From Laetmonice hystrix (Eukaryota): a DNA stretch of 64,000 bases. This document shows, one piece after another, positions 1-13,474 of the stretch. The stretch spans positions 18,042,001-18,106,000 of the forward strand of contig OZ249444.1 of assembly GCA_965235115.1 (NCBI GenBank). Reading direction: 5' to 3'. Positions within the stretch are counted from its first letter, which is position 1. Each line of letters opens with the position of its first letter. The position numbers were made by a program, and so were the translations under genes. A model generated the notes under the pieces. That model was not told the origin of the DNA, did no database searches, and was given only the letters and a program-made list of their open reading frames with translations.

Positions 1-196
1 AATGTCTATCTCTTTTCACATAAAAAGTACATGAACGAACGTATATTTTGTTAATGTGTAAACACATATAAAAGTCTCATTGCAGACTTCTACGCGACCA
101 ATAAACGGCGGATATTTTGAGGTTACCATCCTCTATAGGTTCTCATTGACGACGTACGATTACAACGTACTTCCCAACCGTCCAAACATACGCCTA

Positions 197-409
197 AAGT
201 GCTGAACCCACCAAGGCGATTCCCCTTGCGACGCCCATGCGATTTTGATATCACCCTTTTATTTTACTGTAATTTTGAGATTAAAGGATGGAACCCATTT
301 CCGGAAACGGAGAAGGCCAGCCACGAAAAATTTCAGAGTGAAATTCCACCATTAAATCAAAAACCGCATGGCCGTCGCAAGGGGAATCGCCTTGGTGGGT
401 TCAGCACTT
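197..409. mobile_element. MITE-like element, about 213 bp, with about 53-bp terminal inverted repeats
   Basis: aagtgctgaacccaccaaggcgattccccttgcgacg.ccatgcg... at 197 is the reverse complement of ...cgcatggccgtcgcaaggggaatcgccttggtgggttcagcactt ending at 409. No clear TSD. Confidence 0.8.
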
Positions 410-410
410 C

Positions 411-657
411 GTTGGGTGACCAAACCGTCCAAACATACGCCTAACGAGTCGTTGGGTGACCAAACCGTCCAAACATACGCCTAACGAGTCGTTGGGTGAC
501 CAAACCGTCCAAACATACGCCTAACGAGTCGTTGGGTGACCAAACCGTCCAAACATACGCCTAACGAGTCGTTGGGTGACCAAACCGTCCAAACATACGC
601 CTAACGAGTCGTTGGGTGACCAAACCGTCCAAACATACGCCTAACGAGTCGTTGGGT
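411..657. repeat. 40-bp tandem repeat, about 6.2 identical copies
   Basis: Unit gttgggtgaccaaaccgtccaaacatacgcctaacgagtc. Confidence 0.97.
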
Positions 658-3600
658 CCCACCAGCCAATAACCGCCTGCCGGAGAACATGGCACGATGT
701 TTTGGCTGACTCCCAGTCGACATTTTTTTACGTGACGTATATAACAGGGTCGTAACTATAGCATTAAAGGGAGTATATCATCCGCCGAATCGACCGCAAT
801 CTTCACATTTATGCTCACCTACTCATCTTTGACGAAATTAATAGATTGAATGTTTTTCATCTTGATTCCGCTAATACATACATACTTGAGTAGACAGCTG
901 TGAAATTCCCCCTGAATTTGGAAAAATTACGAAAAACTAGCTGGAGCGCACGCCATTTGCAATCGTTTGAACGTTGTGTTGTGGTGAAAAGCAAACTTTC
1001 GGTAACAGTCCGCAACGAATGTAGTTCCAGATTTCGCGATCTTTCCGAGAATAGTCATAATGCTGACAATATTCGAAATCTATTTTCGACATAATTTGCA
1101 TAGCCGTGTGCGGAGGAACATGAAAACAACTCTCGGGGTCTCGGAAGCCAACTAGGTCATTTTCCGTGACTGAAATAAGCTTTTGCGACTTTTAAAATTT
1201 ATTTTACATAATATCCGCCAAGTCTAGGCCTATAGAAAGTTGGGAAGTTTTGGATATATTGGAAAACCGCAATGCAGCGATATTTTTTTTATATCTTTAA
1301 GGCAGACGAGGCTCATGTTTCGTCTGTCACTTCCGAAAAATTTTCTGGGGGAGAATGCCCCCACACACCCCTAGAAGAGGTGTCTTAGCCTTGTCGTTTT
1401 TCAAGGTCTGATTCCGTCCCTGTATACCGTCGTTACAAAGATACGGGTATCGGGAAGACAAAGAGTTTAGTATACTAGCAGTCGTAATAACCGTAGTTTC
1501 ACAACATTCTCTTGTTGTGACCGTTTCTGCTGTCAACGTTTCCACTATTATCATACTGACAGGGGAGGCTGACCTACTTGCGACGAACGAGTCACGTATG
1601 TATAGAGAACGATAAAGACTTTGGTTTGGGAGACGTGTCAGTCATGACCTTTGGCATTTCGACCTTGAACTTCAGCGCTTCTTCACTTGACTATCGGATA
1701 TAACAGCTGATACATGCCTCGGGAGAATACATCATATATTACCCTGTCACCGGCAGCCCAATTCTTGGCCAACCTCATACTGTTAATAATATAAATTGGA
1801 ACCCTGGGGCCTGTCTTAATAACGATGATCCCCAGCAAAATCCCCACCAATGTCCCCAGATCAGGGGGGTGTACGGTGTCTTTATAAAAAAAAGTCCCTA
1901 CATTAAAAGATTGTTGGTGAGATTCCCCAATATGCGGATGCTCTTGATTTGGAGAGTGACATTCTTAATAAGATGGACCCCTGAGCGTCATGCACCCAAC
2001 GATAGCACACTGACGGGCGGACAGCACACCAATTAGTAGATGGCCTTCAGATTCCAGGAACATCCACTCCTAGTATTTCACTATGAAACCACAATAAAAC
2101 ATGTGACACGCACACCCTGCAGGTAGATGTGTGCCTTATTATGCATGTCATAATACATGTATGCGTTAATTGACGATTGTAAGGCCAACACTTTAATACC
2201 TATCAGGAACATCCACCTCTGTATTGTATGCCGACTGCATTGACCGGTAACAAAGCAATGTGGTTACTCCCCAGTGGTAAGAAGGAAAACCATATTATAA
2301 TACATGTGTACATACTTAAAATATACACATGTATAATAGGTGCAGAAATATAATTATGTTGTAATACGTTATGATATACAAATGTATACATATTATTTAT
2401 AATATACCACATAAAACATTATAGGCGTTCTCGGTGTCCTGTTTTAGCACGGGGAAATGCACATTATAATGTCGGTGAATTTACTTCAACGCAAATTGAT
2501 CCTGGCCTCTACCTCGGTGACGTTTGTACCTGGTTGTTCACATGGCACTTGGCAGGCAGCCAACTCTGCACACAACCATGAAGGCTGCACCCAATCCTTG
2601 CACCAGCCGGGCCCAGCTGCACCGCCCGACCCAAACAAACTAGTAGACCGTGTTCAGTACGACGTTACGTCGGAATTCGACAATTTGTCACTCGGCAAGA
2701 GTCGGAGACGGTCGGCTAACCGATCACCGTGCTGAGACGTCGCCTTCATGTTGGACATTAGGGCAACAACATGTCTTCGCAGCACACCTGTGAAATCGGA
2801 TTCTCACATGAAGAAGGCGCCGAGCTAATTCCGCTTTCCTGGAACCGTCGCTTCAAACTCGGCTCGCATTCTGGGTCTTACTCCTCAATAGACTTGGGGC
2901 AGCTTTTCGCAATGGCAGAGGGCGTAATATGTCAAACAGCGAAATGAACAAACGTACTGAAAGATATTATATGTTGGACTCAGTCATAGTTCAATACGGA
3001 TTAACATTCAAAACTACACCACGTTAAAATATGAAAGCAAGGAGAGGATACGGGCATACTATGTATACGTCTGATCATACTTGTGTCGGCTTGCATGTCG
3101 ACAGATTAACTATTCTGTCTCAGTTATACCAACGAGCATACTCGTTGGTTATACTAGTATATCAACGGCCCGAGGCTGCAACAACAAAAACGACCCCCCC
3201 CCGTCGTGCGACCCCCCCCCCCCTAAGTTGTTTATCGCCGGAGTTTAAAATACTAGTCTACCGATGTATAGTAGGGTTGTCGTTGATGACACACTATACT
3301 AGTCCACGGGTTGGCATCCCTTGATCTACATACCATGCCTACCACCACGCCGTAGTCCTCGATGTGTAATGGGCCACTACTGATATCAATGCACCAGCAT
3401 TATGAACATGTTTGCCTGTCCATGACGGTAAGATTATCATGTACAAGGTCAGCAACTGCCGAGCCCGGTGGGCGTGTCCCACTACACCCGGGAATAGCTC
3501 CACGTCGCCCGCGGCCTGATTTAGGCGCCCTCTCTCTTTACTTCGCTCGCCATCATCCCCCCCCCCCCCCACCTTCCCCCGTCAAAAAACTTTCGCCAAC

Positions 3601-5915
3601 AACGCAACAACGAGGTTTCCTACCGATATGGTTTGACATCATACCTCCTAAACGGTGCACAAAAATAAACTGTGCTGCCGTTAGAATATCTGCCTGGTGC
3701 AAAGTCCGGATTTGTTCATGGACGCACCTTTGACACTATTCAAACTGGGCTCGCTTCAAGGATATGCCCAATTATTTTATACAACCTTCAGTCTTGACAA
3801 AGAGAAATACTGAGTTGAGCACGTGATGTCACTTTGCCCTTTGATTGACGGGGCCAGATGCCAAAACGGTCACAGACAAAAGGCCGAGCAGTCTGATGAA
3901 TTGATATTCAACGAAATCCGTATGAAACAAAAGGAGCGTGCTAACTGGACAGCAACACGGACGTCATATCCCAAAGTACATGTTTTCAAGCATTGTTTGT
4001 CGTATTATGTCGTGTTGAGACTTAGAACAAGTGTTTATTGTTGCAATGGGATACCAACATGAAACTGGTGATAACACGTTTGGTGATGATGATAGCTACA
4101 GACCGACGGTAAATAGATCAATCCTCGTCCCCTTCTAGATCCGGTACAACGTGAATTAGGCGAACCGGACGTACTACGACCCTTGCAGCGTCCTGTTGCG
4201 GAAAGTACAACTCGATGCCGACATCCTGGCTGCCTCTTTCTGAGCCAGCGTCTGGGCGCTTGTAGAGAACCTTTATGGTCTCGGTGATGTTTTATTGATG
4301 AGGCGAGCAGTCCCGACCATCACCACTCCCAGCTTAAACGTCCGCCATTTGATCCTTGAACGGGAAACAGGGGCTGGTTTCGATGGAGGCAGCGAAAATA
4401 ATCTACACAAGAATGGATCTTACGCGTCTTCCGGCTTAACGAGGGAAGGCGTAAAACGACTTCCGTGCCTCGCAGCCTACAGCGTACTGGACTCAATACG
4501 TATTTTGACGCGATATAAATACAATTTCTGGAATTAGATACAGGCATATAGAATACACAACGGATGACACTGACGGCGCTCCTCATTATAATGACTCTCT
4601 TGTCACTGATACATTTGTATATAAATAGAAACATGACCAGATGCTGGCGTCTCAAGCTTCGATAGAATTCTTCCTATTCCGCTCTTCGACATTTCCATGG
4701 CTTTAATCCCCACGCCGCAGACGATAATATACACCCAACGAAAATGTCGTCTGCGACGGTGGTCGAACACAGCGTCCCCCCACCGTCCCTCATCTCGCTT
4801 CCTTCCTGTCATAGGACCAACCAACCATTCCCTCTATAGTTTCACGTGACGTCACTGATATTTACGGTTTCACGATGTTGGGGCTGTCTGAGGCGGGAGG
4901 ACGTACACAAGTGCTCGGCCACATCGACCTGGTGACTATTACCAACCATCGACCATTTTCTTTCAGACACCTCCGCCTGCCGCCGCCGCTGATACACGTG
5001 ACTTAAATTAGCCTATAGAAGGCGGTGTTTCCGATCCGATGACTCTTTTTAATTTTCTCGCTTTATGGCGCTTTTAAGTCAGAGTGCAACCGCACGGCAA
5101 TAAATCCTATCTTTTCGGATGGAATTGCTTCACCTCCAATGTGTACGGCCTATCTCATGACCGTTTTCCACTCGCTTCCTCCCGAATTCTACTATCGGGA
5201 CTAAAGGAAAGCCAGTCCCCTGAGACGTCTCACAAATAAATGGTTGATGACTCAACATTAAGGTCTTAACCACATAAACAACCTTAATGAATAAACTTCA
5301 ATGAGCAATTGTGAAGACAAAAAGACAATCTGTTGAATGCGCATGGTATAACAGAGGCCTGAGTAGAAGAGTTTCTCGAGTTACTAACAGGCTCGGGGTG
5401 GGGGTGGGGTGAAATTTGCTTGGAAAGATCTCCCTCCAAGTCGTTCGGTGCACACTAGTGTACGGCCATGGCAACACTTGGTCAATATCAACGTCAGCTG
5501 CCTTGTATGACGTTGACATCTGCACTCAGAGCCGCTGGCGGTAACATATAACACGCTTCGGTTGGTCGTGGTGGTGACGTTTACCTGGCCACTCCGGGTT
5601 GGAATGGTGTGATCTGGGCAGACTCTAGGATTTAGTAGGTCCATACCTCACTTATATATACTGAGGAATGACATGATGAAATACATGATCAGCGCATTTG
5701 TCACGGACCATTTAGGTTGTGTGTGTAGGTGTGTGTGTGAAAGAGAGTTAAACTACCTCCTCTCCAAAAAAAAAATGTTTTTTTTCCCCGATCAATCCCG
5801 TGTTATTCTCTTAAATTTAACAGTAATCTCTTGTTCTCTATATTTAGGCATGCATAGAACTGTGTTAACGAGACTGAAAACGTCAATCTTTAACTGAATA
5901 GAAAATGATGCTTAC

Positions 5916-6063
5916 CCTTTTGTCGGAGTGATTTCCAGGTTGTAGGCCGGAAGTAAGGGCTTATCACTGAAGTCGAATTCTAGGTATCCTTCCGCCTGCT
6001 CTGGTCGCTCACTCTCTAGTGGAATGTCGGCGAAAAGGTCACAGCCAGAATCAGTACTAACAT
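5916..6063 (-). CDS. BCOR: BCOR-like exon, start of PUFD (PCGF Ub-like fold discriminator) domain (148 nt, phase 1-2): (D)VSTDSGCDLFADIPLESERPEQAEGYLEFDFSDKPLLPAYNLEITPTK(G)
   Basis: Translated by hand. Resembles recalled BCOR SGYDVLA...FEFEFSETPLLPCYNIQV. Acceptor tatcttacag|AT and donor AAAGG|gtaagc. Confidence 0.93.
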
Positions 6064-7214
6064 CTGTAAGATAGTGAACGACTTGTCTTTAGCTTCGTGC
6101 AGCGGAACTGATGACCCCTTGAACAGAACCGATACATATCGGAGACCTATAACGTACAGTATATAGACAGTTTACAAAGCTCTGCAGCTTCGTGCGGGAA
6201 ATTCAGTGATCTATACTAGAATGCAAAGATTGCGATTTTGAACATAAAAGACGTAACATGCTATGCCATATTTGTTTTCCCTCCACTCCGTTGTTTCAAA
6301 GTAGGAGTTATCCTTTAAATTCCAACTGGCAAAGAGATGCACGCTGTGGCACACTGATTGATCACGGCTATCGGCGCCCGACGCCAGCGCCCTCTATATT
6401 TGTATGAGGTTTGGGGGCATTCGGGTTCATGTCTCCCGTCTGACAGAAATAAACCACAAATAAAATCGTTCTTAGTTTACTCTAGCATCAACGGAACGGA
6501 GTACCCGAGTGGGATTTGTATTGAACTGTAAAAGCGCATGTTGATACAGTAAAGACAGTACCACAAAAAAATAAAGAAAGGGGGAAAATCGATCGCGTTT
6601 GCTGTGCACTGTCTCTTGAATGTCTACACGTGGACACGCCTGAAAACTCTTCCACTAAATGTTACCTCAACGATTCCCGGCCCTTGTAATGACTGTACAC
6701 ATGACGCGATGATCATATAGCGGAGGATCTGGGACGGCAGGCCGGGGTATAATGAGAGCTTCATGTTAACGCGTGTCAGGTATCAACTTACAAGGTTTGT
6801 CAGCCTGGTCAGGTGGTGTCAATCACGTGACCGAACGCAGCCAGGAATCTATTTCTACAGTAACCCGGGGAAATTTCCGTACGTTGAGAGTGAATCAACT
6901 CGTTATTGTGACGTCATTCTGATTAGAGTTTAACGAGTTCGAGTGTTTTCAGTATTTAACCGATAAATTAATGTCAATGCCATGTTCTGGTTGTCAAAAC
7001 TCTTGGAGGCGGAAACCTTCTGTCATTTTAGACAATGAATGATCCATAACGATAGGAAATCGGTCACAATTGAAATCTGTTTCTATTTCTAAGACATGTC
7101 TATGATTTACAGATATTTTTGACCAGGTTTTCCTTCTGTATTCGACAAGACGCTCGGCTCAGACGCTCGACCCTAATTGTCCTCAGATACAATCTCATTG
7201 CCGTTTTAAGAAGC

Positions 7215-8139
7215 TTACGTATTTAGGCAGACGACCAGCGGGACCTGAGTATCTCCACGTTACGTATTTAGGCAGACGACCAGCGGGACCTGAGTATCTC
7301 CACGTTACGTATTTAGGCAGACGACCAGCGGGACCTGAGTATCTCCACGTTACGTATAGGCAGACAACCAGGGGACCTGAGTATCTCCACGTTACGTCTA
7401 GGCAGACGACCAGCGGGACCTGAGTATCTCCACGTTACGTATTTAGACAGACGACCAGCGGGACCTGAGTATCTGGACGTTACGTATACGCAGACAACCA
7501 GGGGACCTGAGTATCTCCACGTTACGTATAGGCAGACGACCAGCGGGACCTGAGTATCTCCACGTTACGTATTTAGGCAGACGACCAGCGGGACCTGAGT
7601 ATCTCCACGTTACGTATTTAGGCAGACGATCAGCGGGACCTGAGTATCTCCACGTTACGTATTTAGGCAGACGACCAGCGGGACCTGAGTATCTCCACGT
7701 TACGTATTTAGGCAGACGACCAGCGGGACCTGAGTATCTCCACGTTACGTCTATAGGCAGACGACCAGCGGGACCTGAGTATATCCACGTTACGTATTTA
7801 GGCAGACGACCAGCGGGACCTGAGTATCTCGACGTTACGTATAGGCAGACGACCAGCGGGACCTGAGTATCTCCACGTTACGTATAGGCAGACGACCAGC
7901 GGGACCTGAGTATCTCGACGTTACGTATAGGCAGACGACCAGCGGGACCTGAGTATCTCCACGTTACGTATTTAGGCAGACGACCAGCGGGACCTGAGTA
8001 TCTCCACGTTATACGTATAGGCAGACGACCAACGAGACCTGAGTATCTCCACGTTACGTATAGGCAGACGACCAGCGGGACCTGAGTATCTCCACGTTAC
8101 GTATTTAGGCAGACGACCAGCGGGACCTGAATATCTCCA
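7215..8139. repeat. 45-bp minisatellite, about 21 copies with short length variants
   Basis: Unit ttacgtatttaggcagacgaccagcgggacctgagtatctccacg. Confidence 0.97.
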
Positions 8140-8380
8140 GGTATTTGTAAGCAGCACGCGTGGCCTTTCGATTTCAACAGTCTTTAGTTGTCGTCAGGGA
8201 GGGAGTATTTAACGGTCACTGATGGAGTTCGGCCTTGGACGGGACAAAACGTGTGGTGGTTAAATGTTCTCATTACAGAACCTGAACATCTTGAATGGCA
8301 TATCCCGATCTAAGGCGGTGTCGGGAGACTCAAACAGCCTCGTTCCTGTCAAGACCGCTTTCTTCTTCCCTTTTGGCACG

Positions 8381-8435
8381 GGGAGGAGGGGGGGGGGAGG
8401 AGGAGGGGGAGGGGGAGGAGGGGGAGGAGGGGAAG
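8381..8435 (+). repeat. G/GGA-rich polypurine tract (potential G-quadruplex)
   Basis: gggaggaggggggggggaggaggagggggagggggaggagggggaggaggggaagg. Confidence 0.8.
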
Positions 8436-10309
8436 GAGCAGTCAAGTGCATGCGAACGGACGCTTAGCTTTCGAGATGAGTCTTGGCGTCCTTGTTATAG
8501 AAGTCGCTGAGGTCAGCATCTGCCGATATGTAGCCGTATAATCAGATAAACAGAGCTGTACCCGTTGGGCTGTCCCCATTGAGAGATGAATGCTTTAAAT
8601 GATTATGTTATAATCAAATATGCTGTCTTTTTTTAAGGATTCGCAACGTTTACAAGGAAAACAACCCCAGATGCCATAGTTTCTTTCAATATTTAACTGC
8701 AGAGGAAAAGGGAAAATGAAGATATAGCCTTCCATACGCAGGTTTACGATCGGCGGCCAATGCGTTCTGTAAATCTAGAAATAAAAATAAATCGATCCGC
8801 TTCTACTCTCCGTTTTTTGCTGCGCCATTTACAGACACAATAACACCGCTAACTGTCGCAAGATACTGATGTGGCGGGACATGACGCCATCCCGTTCTCC
8901 AAATCACGTACGGATTCTTAGTTATTTATCTATTTATATCCCGCCTCCTCGCGCGACGTCGAAAAATCTCGTCTCGTTGCGCGACGCCGAAACCTTTTAC
9001 ATGCCCGATACATAACAGGCGGGTAAGCACGCTGCACATATAGAATAACGATGGCGTCCCTACTGGTGACTAGACGCCCACCACAGCGCTCTCTCTCTCG
9101 GTCGGTCACGTCTCGCAAACTTCAATTATTGAGAGAAGCCGAGTTGGTGGATGAGGCGGCCTCTCTCTCCTCGTCACGTGATTCGGTTACAGGATAGCGG
9201 CCGGTAGACGGCACTGTAACCGTTTCACACCATGGCGATAATAGGTCGATTATGAGAAACGATGTGCATTTCATTAATCCTTACACTAGCTGGATCTCAC
9301 AGAAAGACCTGAGGTTGATAATTACGAAGAAACGTTGGAAACGGTCTACAACAGATGACCTACTAAAAGATAAAGAGGGTAACCCAACAATAACAACACC
9401 CGTCATGATAGCCTAGCTGCCGTGGGTATAACTTTAGAAATCAGTTCATGTTTGCGTCTGACACAAATGAATTCTCGCCGAACTCATCAAACGTATGTCA
9501 CACCCCGAGGACCTCTGAACATGTGCATGTTAACGACATGCCGTCTAGAATCCAGGCCGATAACATTTACATTTACGGATAAGAATCCATTTTCAACAGC
9601 ACACAGGTTCTTTATCACGAATTCTTGTGTCCATTTATATCTTCATCTGCTATTAATATAGGGTTAAATAGTTCCACTGCAAGGTGTGGTTATAGATTTA
9701 TAGATACGCGGCCTGGAAGGTAAATTGGTACACAGCAACTGCTGGTGATGAAGCGTGTTGCCTACATAACGACCATGAGACGTAGCCATAATTACCATAT
9801 TTCTAAATGCCATATTTCTAAATGCCATTTACAATAATTGTAAATTGTGATAAAAAAATCCCCATAAATAGTCTAAATTGTAATTTCTCATGTATGAATG
9901 CGGTGGCATATATTGCCTGCGCCAGTTACTGGACAGATTTTTTAAACGCCTACCAGGCTACCACGTCAAACTCTGTCCGAATTACAACAAGGAAAAAAAC
10001 GGCGACGGTCGCAGGGACGAGATTGGTATTCTGGGCTACCCTTGTTACATTCACTAATTCAGACAAAATTGGTCGTGATACGTTTTGTATTTCTGAGGAA
10101 ACAAACCATTTCCATGTCAATTATAGCTCATGCCAAGGTCTGCGGGGATATCAACGTCACGTTTGATGCAGGCCTATGTCATTAACGGAATTTTTCTCTC
10201 CTTCTTATTTAAATGCGCCCGACTGAAGAATACTGACTTATTTTAATTACGACTCGCCATGACAAAACTGTGACGAATGTTTGAATGGTGCCGAGGGCGG
10301 TCCACTTAC

Positions 10310-10399
10310 CGAGAACTCCACTAGAAGCGAACACCCAGGGAACCTGATCCTCGATCACTCCATCCTCCTCGCTCGGTCCGTTCAGGTCGCCTAGGTAAC
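10310..10399 (-). CDS. BCOR: BCOR-like linker exon (90 nt, phase 1-1): (G)YLGDLNGPSEEDGVIEDQVPWVFASSGVL(D)
   Basis: Translated by hand. Resembles recalled BCOR YLNDLQG...WDFYGSSV. Acceptor tctgtgcag|GT and donor CTCG|gtaagt. Confidence 0.92.
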
Positions 10400-10830
10400 C
10401 TGCACAGACGCCATCTCAATATCAGCATGCATGCACGTCACGACCGAGCCACAAACCCACATGCACGTGCGTGCGGGAAAAAATGGACCCGTGCCACATT
10501 CCTTACTCTAGCATCTGGCCGCACGTTCCGCACGCCCCATTCCTCTGATATAGACTCACATTATAAGGGCGCTTCTTGAGATTCTCACCAAAAGAAATTC
10601 AGGGGCGACTTTTTTTTTAAAATGACTGGCTTAACATGGCTCGGTAGGGGAGTCTGTTTACGCGTATTAAACAGTTGGGCACAATGCATGACCGAGGGCC
10701 ATTCTTTTCAATTTGTTCTTTAATATAACGTAAAATACGGCAAATACACTTCTATCAGAGACTACTGGCACAATGATCATTGATTCTGTTCACATTTAAG
10801 GGTAAAGTAAAGATAATAAGGATGTCTTAC

Positions 10831-10976
10831 CTTTAAGTAAGTTTTTAACTACGTCCGTCTTGGTGAGCTTCATGACGTTACGTCCTCCAAACGTCACCAA
10901 CTTGATGTCAGCACCGAATGCCAGCAGTAATCGAACTATCTCCGTGTTATTATTGTCCACTGCGTCGTGCATGGGT
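10831..10976 (-). CDS. BCOR: BCOR-like ankyrin exon (146 nt, phase 2-1): (R)PMHDAVDNNNTEIVRLLLAFGADIKLVTFGGRNVMKLTKTDVVKNLLK(G)
   Basis: Within ORF 10796..11089. Resembles recalled BCOR [39 protein letters not shown]. Acceptor ctatttcag|AC and donor AAAG|gtaaga. Confidence 0.95.
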
Positions 10977-11344
10977 CTGAAATAGTCCACATCATTAGCG
11001 TTTTTACTGTAACCTTGCCAACACGCGACATGGTCGGTTTTTATTGGACCAGTATGTATATAGATGTATATCATGGCTATTACTTGCATGGTGTGAAGGA
11101 TTAACTGCTATCTTTATGTTCCATGTTAAACGACCAGTGTTGATAACCAGGTAAAGGCGTCTCGCCGGCTGTGTTCGCTGTGCGTACTCGATATACGGGC
11201 CGTACAAATGTCGGTCTCAAACACCGAGACTTTCCTTTGACAATCTCACGGAGGGCAGCGTTAACAACTGGACGTTAATATAACAAACTCGACCTTCCCT
11301 TCGTCAGGACCGCATCCCCACCCACCCACACGTCGTATTTGTGT

Positions 11345-12771
11345 ACAATATTGGATTCTCCTCGCCCTACCCAAGCCCCTCTCCCTCCTCCAGACCTTGG
11401 TATACAACATAATACACATCGTGCCTTCGACTAATATAAACCTACATATTACTACGTTACAACCATATTAGATTCTCCCTGCCCTACCCAAGCCTCTCTC
11501 CCTCCTCCAGACCTTGGTATACAACATAATACACATCGTGCCTTCGACTAATATAAACCTACATATTACTACGTTACAACCATATTGGATTCTCCTCGCC
11601 CTACCCAAGCCTCTCTCCCTCCTCCAGACCTTGGTAATGGTATACAACATAATACACATCGTGCCTTCGACTAATATAAACCTACATATAACTGCGTTAC
11701 AACCATATTGGATTCTCCCTGCCCTACCCAAGCCCCTCTCCTTCCTCCAGACCTTGGTATACAACATAATACACATCGTGCCTTCGACTAATATAAACCT
11801 ACATATTACTACGTTATAACCATATTGGATTCTCCTCGCCCTACCCAAGCCCCTCTCCCTCCTCCAGACCTTGGTATACAACATAATACACATCGTGCCT
11901 TCGACTAATATAAACCTACATATTACTACGTTATAACCATATTGGATTCTCCTCGCCCTACCCAAGCCCCTCTCCCTCCTCCAGACCTTGGTATACAACA
12001 TAATATACACATCGTGCCTTCGACTAATATAAACCTACATATATTACTACGTTACAACCATATTGGATTCTCCTCGCCCTACCCAAGCCCCTCTCCCTCC
12101 TCCAGACCTTGGTATACAACATAATATACACATCGTGCCTTCGACTAATATAAACCTACATATATTACTACGTTACAACCATATTGGATTCTCCTCGCCC
12201 TACCCACGCCCCTCTCCCTCCTCCAGACCTTGGTATACAACATAATACACATCGTGCCTTCGACTAATATAAACCTACATATTACTACGTTACAACCATA
12301 TTGGATTCTCCTCGCCCTACCCACGCCCCTCTCCCTCCTCCAGACCTTGGTATACAACATAATATACACATCGTACCTTCGACTAATATAAACCTACATA
12401 TTACTACGTTACAACCATATTGGATTCTCCCCGCCCTACCCAAGCCCCTCTCCCTCCTCCAGGCCTAGGTATACAACATAATATACACATCGTACCTTCG
12501 ACTAATATAAACCTACATATTACTACGTTACAACCATATTGGATTCTCCTCGCCCTACCCAAGCCCCTCTCCCTCCTCCAGACCTGGGTATACAACATAA
12601 TACACATCGTGCCTTCGACTAATATAAACCTACATATTACTACGTTACAACCATATTGGATTCTCCTCGCCCTACCCAAGCCCCTCTCCCTCCTCCAGAC
12701 CTTGGTATACAACATAATATACACATCGTACCTTCGACTAATATAAACCTACATATTACTACGTTACAACC
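11345..12771. repeat. 117-bp minisatellite, 12 copies (117-123 bp variants)
   Basis: ttggattctc... recurs at 11351, 11468, 11585, 11708, 11825, 11942, 12063, 12184, 12301, 12420, 12539 and 12656. Confidence 0.97.
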
Positions 12772-13474
12772 AGTCTGGGGGTCATAGATATAGGACGTGA
12801 CACTTGCTGCACTCGCTTAATTTGTAGCGGGTTGATCCAATATGGTATGTCTCTACATACACTATGCTAAGATTATCAAATATAAACCTAGCACATCTCA
12901 CAAAGGTTTCCTCTGGCTCGTCCCTGATATATTTATAGGCAGGGGTTGAACATGTGCCATTTGACCTTTGGACACGGTGGTTATGGCTCTTACCGCCTTG
13001 TCCTTTAACACTCAGAGGGCATGACGTGAAAAGGCCTCTAAGCGTTTTCTGATATAGGATTTCCATATTCATAATGCCATACTGGGGGCTTAAATTCCCG
13101 CTGCGGGGTGACGCCTTCTAGTGCTGTATGTATGTAGGCTGCTGTAGGTTTACAAAGGTGAAGGATATGTGCGAATGGCGCCAGTTTAATTGATCATATT
13201 TCGAAGACTTGTGTAGTGTAAAGAATAGCCGTACGCCTCACAATTCATTCACCTCACAGTGGATGACACCATCCTATTCATGGCTGACATATAATCATGT
13301 AGCTTGGTGTACACAGGACTGGCATACATCTATTTACGCGCGTGGGAACAGGTTGTACTTGGCTACAAATGCTTTTAACCCATCCCGGCGACCACAGAAC
13401 ATATTTTTAACTTGATTTAATCAGTGAGGGAACAAAAAATATCGTTTTTAAGAAAGGCTATAAACTAGCTTGGT

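Noticed and set aside
764-1300. TTAA-flanked segment as a Kolobok/piggyBac-like element
   Set aside because: The termini match for only 2-3 nt and there is no real TIR.
2855-2956. RLFISLFDILRPL peptide weakly like BCOR RNWLLLSDVLKKL
   Set aside because: Phase 1 rather than the required phase 2, with an early stop and no further similarity.
4320-4527. Phase-2 acceptor at 4527 as the last PUFD exon (NCIYIASKYVLSP...LSWEW*)
   Set aside because: The phase fits but there is no convincing similarity to the PUFD C-terminus.
11468-12746. Repetitive ORFs on both strands of the 117-bp array
   Set aside because: They arise because the unit is a multiple of 3. The 119- and 121-bp variants break the frames, and there are no splice signals.
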